A stretch of 64,000 bases of DNA. It comes from Oikopleura dioica. Lineage: Eukaryota; Animalia; Chordata. Numbering within the stretch: position 1 is the stretch's first letter; every line of letters starts with the position of its first letter. The translations under genes and the position numbers were made by a program. The notes beneath the pieces were generated by a model. The model searched no databases. It was not told the DNA's origin and worked only from the letters and a program-made list of their open reading frames with translations. Shown piece by piece: positions 38,201 to 48,080 of the stretch. The stretch covers positions 12,524,001 through 12,588,000 of the forward strand of contig OU015567.1 of NCBI GenBank assembly GCA_907165135.1, in the 5' to 3' direction.

Positions 38201-39530
38201 ATTCGAATCCACATTCCTCTTATTGCAGCTTTCTTTTATTGTCTTTCATGAACGAAGGAAATGAAAGCTTTAATTAGCAAAGCCCACTCAAGAAAGGATG
38301 AAACAGACCTTTCGTAATTTTATACTGATCACATAAATCTCCGTTTTCTAACTCAAGTGCCGCTGGATATATGAACGGGCTTAGAGACGAGTCTTTTGAA
38401 CAGATTCGCACTAGAATTAGAACCGATCCTCGAAGCCCACATGAAGCGACCGAAAATTCTTCACCGAAGGATTGTTATTTCAGTTATTATTAGATTCGAA
38501 AAGAAGAATTTCTAATGATAACACGATTAGCTCATATTTACGGGGACCCAACATCTCACCCCGTCTTTTGGCATGATGAGTACTGGTTTGGAGAAGTTTG
38601 GGGACAAATATCAACGAATCATAGCTGTTGATACACAAATAATTATGTGAATCTATCTGTATCATCAAAATAGGGGATCTTCAAGCATATGACCCGGAGG
38701 GGATTTTGGGCTCGATAAATTCGATTCTTATTGTTTATCTTGGACTACAGGTAATTTCAGACTATGAATTATTGAAAGAAAGAATATAAGGGTGACACTT
38801 TATTAAAGTAGTATACTCAAAATCAGGATAAGGGTGTCAGTCTCCTAAATATACCAAAGAGAGCTTAGAACCCTCACGGGAAAAATAGCTAAACCAATGT
38901 TTGTCTAATACCCTTCGGTTGGCATGGCTGAGCCGGTTTTACTGAAATCTACTTTAAGGCTGGCCGGATCTTTAATTTTTACGAAACCTTCCAACAACGT
39001 GCTATCCGCTTAACGGTCTGGGGCATTGTGCTGACCGCAGTCGGCGGCGCGCTAACAGGTTTAACGGAACTTACTCTTCAAATAAACGCTCTTTGAGCCA
39101 GGATTCCATCAATTCCAGGAGGGTAGTAACATTCCCATTGCCAAGAACTTGTGGACTCTAAGTTTTGGTAAGTTTTCTTTCCATTTTCTTCAAGAAAAAA
39201 GCGATGTTTTAGTGCTTGTTATGGCTGGATGGGGATTTCTGCTCCTCCTGGCGCTCTACTTTTTGATTGATCATCGGAAACTCTGGGATGGTGCTCCGTT
39301 TTACTTTGTTGGGATGAATTCAATCCTCGTTTATGAAGGGCTTAAAAACACTATGCTCACACACAATGTTTTTTCTCCGGCGTTTTCCGCCGCTCTCACG
39401 TTTTTCGCCATCTTGCATGCTTTTTTTTCAGCGCGAAATTGATCATTACTATGTTTCACTACGTCCACTTGGGCGATAATGACTCGGAGGTGTAATTTAC
39501 TTAGCAGATAAATTGAGGTTCGAAGGTCTC
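35223..39530 (+). CDS. HGSNAT: Heparan-alpha-glucosaminide N-acetyltransferase; 3' end approximate
   Basis: [110 protein letters not shown]. Confidence 0.93.
37444..37718. repeat. Near-perfect hairpin/foldback MITE in an HGSNAT intron
   Basis: 125-bp arms (37444-37568, 37594-37718) with 2 mismatches and a 25-bp spacer; no clear TSD. Confidence 0.85.
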
Positions 39531-42209
39531 AATTTCAGCAGACATTACAATCATTACAATGAAGACTTAAAACGTGTTGATAACCCCGCGCTAGCTGCTC
39601 CATGAAATCTTGGAAGGTCAAATTCCATTCTGCGGCGACGAGTGTGGCGGTTTCCAATCGCATGCTCAAAAAATAGGTAAGTGCTGCATAATTCGCGCAA
39701 TCGGCACTTCTTGAACTTGAAAAAAAAGAGGTAGATAACTTGATTCAACGCTTTTGAATTTTATCCAAGCAATTTACAGTCAGCCAGGTTGGATTTTTTT
39801 GATTATATTTTCACTAGTTCGTTGCTGCACTTGAATTTTAATTCAAAATCAACTGGTGGCAGATTTCTGCGGCTTTTCTGTTTTTATCAACTTTAAAATA
39901 ATCAACGCACTTAGAATTCTCCCGGCTTGAAGGTTTTTTTACTTGCTTGAGCCTCTTCTTGAGCACCTACTTCGACATATCACACTTTGACCGAGCAAAG
40001 TGCTGAGTCCAAAAATTTTCCAAGGATTATTTTTGCCGTTTTTTTCTAAAGAAAATTTGAAAAGAGTGTCTCATGAAAATCTTCTCGTTCAAGATTTTCT
40101 TAATTTCAGCCCCTGAAGTATTATTTTTTTTATTAGACGACGGGAAAAAATCCTTGAGACAAATATTGCCCATGACAGGTGTCAGTTTCTTGAAGGCTCG
40201 AAATGTCTCTCTCAAGCATTTTCCATTTAACTCGTGATTATTTGATCCGCCACCTTGAGTCTAAACATCGAAAATTCTTTTAATAATCTTTGTCTTCTAG
40301 CGATGCAGGTCGGGGCTGTTGCGACTTGGTTCCTGTATCTTTACTGGATGAAGGAGAAGAAGTTCTTTTTAGTCATTTGAATAAAGAATTATTTAATTAA
40401 AATTCTGACGATAAAAACGGGTTCTTTTATGGAGGAAAGAAGGCTAGACCGTGTGAAAGTTATTTGAGCCATTGTGGGTGTTATCAGCAAGTATTCAAAA
40501 GTTCTAGGAAGAAAGTAAGAAGCTGATAGCTACGTGTACTCATGACACTCTTAAAAGATACGAGTTAGGTTCACAAGGTCAGCTTTTACTCAAAGTCAAC
40601 TTCAAAAACCAATATCAGCAGCTATGAGCTCATATTTATTGTTGATTTTACAAAGAAAATTTAAAAAAAAAGCTCCAAAACCCAGTTTAGAAAGCTCAAT
40701 TTTCCCCGGCTGCGGCAAAGTCTGAGTTTTAGGCTAAAACTTTTAGCTATTTGTCCCGCGCTCTAGAAAAATAATGAAATGCAAGATGGAAGGAGAATTT
40801 GAATTCTTGCCTCGAAACCGCGTCAGGAATGTGCAGCTGACTCAGGCACTGAACCTGCCACCCCCGAATCCAAATATTTATATCAATCAAATCTACAGTA
40901 ATTCAAAAGCTGTAGGTTTTCCTGGGCCGGAAAATGAGAGAATCGGAAGGATTATATAAGCATGGACAAACGAGTTCTAATTTTAATTGTCAACAATCGG
41001 CGCAAATTTAAGCTATTTTGGAACATAATTTATATTCCATCAAGATTAAAAACTAAGAATATCTCTCTAAAACATTACATAAGCAAATGATGATGATGTT
41101 GATCAACAACAATTTTCAAGCTTTAATGATTTCGAAAGAAACCTTAAGGGTACTACCTTCGATTTCCCCAAGTTGAGCCTTGAATAACTCAGGAATTATA
41201 TATGATGGCGAACTTCATATGGGCTTATTTAACTTTTATCTTAACTTAACTTTTATCTAACTTTTTATCTTAATCTTAACTTTTACAGAGGGGTTTCTCC
41301 ATTGCTCAAGAAAAAATCGGCTAAATTTTGGCTTGAAGTCAACATCTTTGCCGAAATGGCCTATATTTAGGCTTGAATAACTCAAAAACGACCCTGATAA
41401 CTTTATTTCATTTTATTTTTTATTTAAACTTTAAACATTGATCTTCAAAATGTCAGAAGGATTTTTCCATTGAAAGACTGAAAATACTGAAATAAATTTT
41501 TTGAAAATTGTGTCTTAACGATTTTGCTAAAATTTAGCATTTTTTAAAAGTTGCGGCCTCATTTTTCGCTCTAGAATCTGAAATATCTAAATTCAACGAT
41601 CGATATAGCTACCAAAATTTTCCTCTTGATCTAAGCTTTGAAATAAGCCCTTGATCAAGAAAATCGAAGATCAAAATTTTTTTTCGAAAAAACTTCTGGA
41701 GGCAATATCTAGGCTTACCGCGGTGTTTTCTATTTTTCAGGCTCTTTTGAAAAATCTCCCCATACTTTCAGAACATATGCATCAAGACAAGCCTTGAAAA
41801 ACTGCACTTGCAGAATTTTCGATATGAGTCATCTTACCCCCTTTTTTGGGGGATTTTTAGCAAGAAAAAAAGCACTAGTTTGATTAGAAGCGGCTTTTGA
41901 GTGCGTGCTAGATCGATTTTGATAATTTGATGCCTACCATGTGAAAGATAAGCGCAAGATGCATCGATACATATGAAATTTATTATTGCGGAGTACTTCC
42001 TTCATATGATTCTAGAGCTCCAAAGTTGACGCAAGCAGCCAGATACGAAAATCCAATATTATCAACTTCTGATATAAGCATGCTATGATGATGTTTTATA
42101 GCTCAAATTGAAGCTTATGAATTACTGAACAAAATGGAGTGGTATTTTTTTGACCAGCCGGTTGTGCTTCCGGTTCGTCGCGGTTCATACCCGGAAATAG
42201 GTCAAAATG

Positions 42210-42870
42210 TAGAAATATGTATATCAAATGAATTAATTTTCAACAGCGAATCTTTTGAACATATTCAGAAGTTCAACCGCCCGGTTATTATTGCGGTTCA
42301 TGGTGGTTCATGGTGGTTCAAGCGCAGAAATGAACAAAATAGCAGCAATATGTATATCAAATTGAAACTAAAATTAAGAACATTCATAAAATCATTGAAT
42401 AAGCCCGAACCGACCGGTTGTTCTCACGGTAAATGGCGGTTCCAAACGGTTCAAGCCGGTTCAAGTTAAAAACATGCTCCAAGTGGTTCAATATGATTAT
42501 CAAATGTATTCATTTACAATAGCGAAGCTTTCTAGCATATTATGAAATTCAACCGCCCGGTTATTCTTGCGGCTCATGGTGGTTAATCGTGGTTCAAGCC
42601 CAGACATGAACAAAATAGCATCAATATGCATATCAAATTGAATCTTGTATTAAGTACATTCGTCGAATCATTGAATAAGCCCAAACCATCCGGTAACTTT
42701 CGTGGTAAAAGGCGGTTTCTGACGGTTCAAGCCGGTAAAAGCCGAACATATGCTCAAAGTGGTTCAAGATGTATATCAAATGAATGTTTATTAAAAAGCA
42801 CGTCTTTTGAAACTTTAACGAGATCCGGACGCGTGGTATAACACTGAATATGCACAAACCGCCCGGTTTT
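42210..42870 (+). repeat. Degenerate ~276-bp tandem subrepeat (about 2.5 copies) overlapping the left arm
   Basis: TTCAACCGCCCGGTTATT at 42272 and 42548; GAACAAAATAGCA at 42332 and 42608; third remnant near 42858. Confidence 0.75.
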
Positions 42871-42904
42871 AATCGATTTTGTCTCTTTAAACGGGCTAAA
42901 ATAA

Positions 42905-45215
42905 GGGAAGGTCAGGCCCGATTATACAATTCAGTCTGCGACGGGGCCAAGCCGACCCGAAGGGGAGGCAAGGCCCGTTTATACGATTCAGTCTGCGACG
43001 GGGCCAAGCCGACCCGAAGGGGAGGCCAGGCCCGTTTATACAATTCAGTCTGAGACGGGGCCAAGCCGACCCGAAGGGGAGGCCAGGCCCGTTCAAACAA
43101 TTAAGTCTGCGACGGGGCCAAGCCGACTCGAAGGGGAGGCCAGGCCCATTTATACAATTCAGTCTGAGACGGGGCCAAGCCGACCCGAAGGGGAGGCCAG
43201 GCCCGTTCAAACAATTCAGTCTGCGACGGGGCCAAGCCGACTCGACGGGGAGGCCAGGCGCGTTTAAACAATTCAGTCTGCGACGAGCCCAAGCCGGCCC
43301 GAAGGGAAGACCAGGCCCATTTATACAATTCAGTCTGAGACGGGGCCAAGCCGACCCGAAGGGGAGGCCAGGCCCGTTCAAACAATTAAGTCTGCGACGG
43401 GGCCAAGCCGACTCGAAGGGGAGGCCAGGCCCGTTTAAACAATTCAGTCTGCGACGGGGCCAAGCCGACCCGAAGGGGAGGCCAGGCCCGTTCAAACAAT
43501 TAAGTCTGCGACGGGGCCAAGCCCACTCGAAGGGGGCCAGGCCCGTTTAAACAATTCAGTCTGCGACGGGGCCAAGCCGACCCGAAGGGGAGGCCAGGTC
43601 CGTTTATACGATTCAGTCTGCGACGGGGCCAAGCCGACCCGAAGGGGAGGCCAGGCCCGTTCAAACAATTCAGTCTGCGACGGGGCCAAGCCGGCCCGAA
43701 GGGAAGACCAGGCCCATTTATACAATTCAGTCTGAGACAGGGCCAAGCCGACCCGAAGGGGAGGCAAGGCCCGTTTATTCAATTCAGTCTGCGACGGGGC
43801 CAAGCCGACCCGAAGGGAGGCCAGGTCCGTTTATACGATTCAGTCTGCGACGGGGCCAAGCCGACCCGAAGGGGAGGCCAGGCGCGTTAAAACGATTCAG
43901 TCTGCGACGAGCCCAAGCCGGCCCGAAGGGAAGGCCAGGCCCATTTATACAATTCAGTCTGAGACGGGGCCAAGCCGACCCGAAGGGGAGGCCAGGCCCG
44001 TTCGAACAGTTCAGTCTGCGACGGGGCCAAGCCGACCCGAAGGGGAGGCCAGGCCCGTTTAAACAATTCAGTCTGCGACGAGCCCAAGCCGGCCCGAAGG
44101 GGAGGCCAGACCCGTTTATACAATTAAGTCTACGACGAGGCCAAGCCGACCCGAAGGGGAGGCCAGGCCCGTTTATACGATTCAGTCTGCGACGGGGCCA
44201 AGCCGACCCGAAGGGGAGGCCAGGCCCGTTTATACAATTCAGTCTGAGACGGGGCCAAGCCGACCCGAAGGGAAGACCAGGCCCATTTATACAATTCAGT
44301 CTGAGACGGGGCCAAGCCGACTCGAAGGGGAGGCCAGGCCCGTTCAAACAATTAAGTCTGCGACGGGGCCAAGCCGACTCGAAGGGGAGGCCAGGCGCGT
44401 TTAAACAATTCAGTCTGCGACGAGCCCAAGCCGGCCCGAAGGGGAGGCCAGACCCGTTTATACAATTAAGTCTACGACGAGGCCAAGCCGACCCGAAGGG
44501 GAGGCCAGGCCCGTTTATACGATTCAGTCTGCGACGGGGCCAAGCCGACCCGAAGGGGAGGCCAGGCCCGTTTATACAATTCAGTCTGAGACGGGGCCAA
44601 GCCGACCCGAAGGGGAGGCCATGCCGGTTCAAACAATTTAGTCTGCGACGGGGCCAAGCCGACTCGAAGGGGAGGCCAGGCCCGTTTAAACAATTCAGTC
44701 TGCGACAGGGCCAAGCCGACCCGAAGGGGAGGCCAGGCCCGTTTATACAATTCAGTCTGAGACGGGGCCAAGCCGACCCGAAGGGGAGGCCAGGCCCGTT
44801 TAAACAATTTAGTCTGCGACGGGGCCAAGCCGACTCGAAGGGGAGGCCAGGCCCGTTCAAACAATTTAGTCTGCGACGGGGCCAAGCCGACTCGAAGGGG
44901 AGGCCAGGCCCGTTTAAACAATTCAGTCTGCGACGGGGCCAAGCCGACCCGAAGGGGAGGCCAGGCCCGTTTATACGATTCAGTCTGCGACGGGGCCAAG
45001 CCGACTCGAAGGGAGGCCAGGCCCGTTTAAACAATTCAGTCTGCGACGGGGCCAAGCCGACCCGAAGGGGAGGCCAGGCGCGTTAAAACGATTCAGTCTG
45101 CGACGAGCCCAAGCCAGCCCGAAGGGAAGACCAGGCCCATTTATACAATTCAGTCTAAGACGGGGCCAAGCCGACCCGAAGGAGAGGCCAGGCGCATTCA
45201 TACAATTCATTCTTT
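42905..45215 (+). repeat. 57-bp GC-rich tandem satellite, ~40 copies
   Basis: Consensus TTCAGTCTGCGACGGGGCCAAGCCGACCCGAAGGGGAGGCCAGGCCCGTTTATACAA; period 57 (42931 to 42988); no unique spacers. Confidence 0.95.
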
Positions 45216-47396
45216 GCAACGAACCATTTTTTGAAAAAATAAATATTCTTCATCAAGACGTGAACACGCCGTCTACCGTCGCAGACTGAATTGTATAAAC
45301 CGGCCACCATGAACCACCATGAACCGCAATAATAACCGGGCGGTTGAACTTCTGAATATGTTCAAAAGATTCGCTGTTGAAAATTAATTCATTTGATATA
45401 CATATTTCTACATTTTGACCTATTTCCGGGTATGAACCGCGACGAACCGGAAGCACAACCGGCTGGTCAAAAAATACCACTCCATTTTGTTCAGTAATTC
45501 ATAAGCTTCAATTTGAGCTATAAAACATCATCATAGCATGCTTATATCAGAAGTTGATAATATTGGATTTTCGTATCTGGCTGCTTGCGTCAACTTTGGA
45601 GCTCTAGAATCATATGAAGGAAGTACTCCGCAATAATAAATTTCATATGTATCGATGCATCTTGCGCTTATCTTTCACATGGTAGGCATCAAATTATCAA
45701 AATCGATCTAGCACGCACTCAAAAGCCGCTTCTAATCAAACTAGTGCTTTTTTTCTTGCTAAAAATCCCCCAAAAAAGGGGGTAAGATGACTCATATCGA
45801 AAATTCTGCAAGTGCAGTTTTTCAAGGCTTGTCTTGATGCATATGTTCTGAAAGTATGGGGAGATTTTTCAAAAGAACCTTGAAAATCGAAAAACACCGC
45901 GGTAAGCCTAGCAATATCTCAAGAAGGATCGAGAATTTCAAAAAGTGGTCAAGAATATATGACCATAAATTTTAACGAAGAATCCATTTCTAGTTACCGT
46001 TTTCTACATTGAGTTCTATAAGAAACCTTTCGGAAATCGAAGGTAGTACCCTTAAAGAAAGCATAAAATTGGCCCATGACGCTGCGGGAATTAATGAACT
46101 TGAGTTAACTAATCTCGTCGAAAGTGGATTTATATTTGACAAAATTGAGTTTTTAACAAGAGCGGTCGCCGGCAGCTGTGACGCCCTTGTCCAAACGACC
46201 CAATTCTGATGAAGAGTTCAGCGCGTAACGAAGCTCATTTCCCGCTCCATTTCAACATTGTAAATATTCCTAAAAATTGAAAACTTATTCATTTAAATTT
46301 TTATAAAAATCGAACTTGAGTTTGGAAAATCACGTGAAAAGCAACTGGCGGTTTTCATCTTGCCACTTGATTTCTTAAAAACGTCTGCGGCTTGTCAAAA
46401 GAAACACATTCGAAATTTGGGCGAACCGAGTGGTTTTAGCATTCTTCTTCGAAAATCGAAAATTTTCTGAAGTCAATCCGCCACCGAGGCTTCTTAGCGT
46501 CGGCTCATGTCACCGCGCTGCGGCGGCGGAGCTGTATTTTCTATTCCTAATGGTCGCTCAGCCTTTTTGAGCATCTTGAGCCGGATACACTGGTCAGCCT
46601 AAGGAAGCATCATTTTATTTTTCCTTCTGGATCGCTAGGGGGAACGTTTTCGACCGCCAAATGCAGCCCAAATACAAACCACCAAAAAGTCGTTAACCAG
46701 GGCCGAGTTGCGTCACTGGCAGACGCCTGGCAAGCAAGATTTCATGCTCGCCAATTGTTGAACTTTTACAGAAAATCTCGGCCAGATCAAAATACCGTTC
46801 TCTTATCACGTTGGGGTTTCTTAAGATCTTCGTGGAATCATTTCTCAGGAAGAAGAAGACCCTCCAAAAGAACTTCGTTTTTTATAATCTTTGGTTATCA
46901 ACAGTTGTTCCAAAAAATTTTGTCCGAAAAAGATTGATCCTCACGTTGGGATTAAAATGAATTTTTATCGAAACAAAGCTTCAACCTTTTTTTTCAAGCG
47001 ATTAAAAAAGTCAGCTGTTTGAATAAGCGATTAAATAAAAGAATCGTTACGAAATAAACTCCATCTGGAGCAAGCTGCTTGAGAACAAGCGTCTTATCAA
47101 ACGGTTGCCGCAAAAACATACCGGTAAATTTATTATGTCCCCAAAGTTCCGTCCGCGAAAAATGAAAATACCGCTGATGATGTTCCCACGTGATGGTCAA
47201 GACAGACTCACGTAAATGAAGCGAGTTATCACCGTTTTCTGCCAAAATATTTAGTCCAAATAACTCCGACGTTTCAAGCTTTCACCCATAATTGAATTAG
47301 TTCACGTTCGCCTAATTTAACGAAGAAATTTTGGCATTCATTTATCTTCAATGTAAATATCTTCAAGCGCGGTATTAACTCATCAACAGTGGATTA

Positions 47397-48080
47397 TCAA
47401 TCATCAAGTTTATTTTCAGTTTCAAGAGTTTTCCAAAAAGAAAGAATTTGCGATTCCTTGATTTCGTCTAATTTCTTTTTTCGACTAAGGCCAGAGAAAT
47501 ACATAAGACTGGTCTTCTGACTACATTTTTTTCTCTCTTCTTTCTTCTTTACACCAATGCCAGAGCAAATCGGACATTTGAGTTTTTGTTCGAGATCGTC
47601 AGCTATTGCCTCTTCGGAATCGGTTTGCTTTCGTTTTTTGAATGCATCAAAAATGCATGATTTTCCAACAAAATGGAGACATTTATCAAAGTTATCTACC
47701 AACATATGTTTATCTTCGTCGAATTTTGTCTGACATCTTTCGCAATTGACTTGGTTTTCAATGATAGACAAGCGGAAATCTTCGCATGTATGAAAACGCA
47801 TGTATGTAAAAAACGCAAGGATCATTGTTCTTTTATAAGATTGATATTCTTGAACTTCTCTCTCAAGATCCAAATCTATAAAATCCTTCTCATCGTCTTC
47901 GTCTAAATCAAAATTGACGATTTAAGCCAAAACTTTTCCATGCTTACCTTCATTTGCCTCTATTTCCTTATACCGTTTTAACTCGCTGCGAAGCGCCTCT
48001 ATTTCTTTCTCTAGTGAATTGTATGAAGGCCTACGAATGCTCTCTGCATATTCTATCGCGACTCTTTCTTCGCTCGGCAT
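47397..48080 (-). CDS. Coiled-coil + C3HGC3-type RING-finger protein (2 exons seen)
   Basis: MPSEERV...SLEKEIEALRSELKRYKE; 45-nt GT-AG intron 47903-47947; CERC-x18-CLHFVGKSC-x28-CPIC. Confidence 0.65.

Larger units (their letters stand above)
41710..45910. mobile_element. Foldback-type element (4201 bp) with ~605-bp TIRs and internal satellite
   Basis: Arms 41710-42316 and ~45306-45910 near-identical in reverse complement (mismatches only in outer ~40 bp where checked); ends TAGGCTTACC...GGTAAGCCTA; 8-bp TSD GCAATATC at 41702-41709 and 45911-45918. Confidence 0.92.
41148..46051. mobile_element. TTAA-target non-autonomous element (Kolobok-like termini), ~695 bp once the inner insertion is removed
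   Basis: Perfect 20-bp TIR GGGTACTACCTTCGATTTCC (41148-41167) / GGAAATCGAAGGTAGTACCC (46032-46051); TTAA at 41144-41147 and 46052-46055. Confidence 0.8.

Noticed and set aside
42134-42469. ORF MEWYFFDQPVVLP... and its mirror at 45253-45480
   Set aside because: Both derive from the inverted arms; no transposase motif or coding signal.
42905-45215. CRISPR-like array
   Set aside because: Units are contiguous near-identical 57-mers without unique spacers; eukaryotic context; no cas genes.
42896-45219. Long minus-strand ORFs of 19-aa repeats (up to 423 aa)
   Set aside because: Automatic result of a 57-bp unit lacking stops in one frame; broken by single-base indels; no start context or non-repeat domain.
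46994-47290. Minus-strand ORF downstream of the RING gene
   Set aside because: Needs a speculative 32-nt intron to gain an ATG; no homology recognised.
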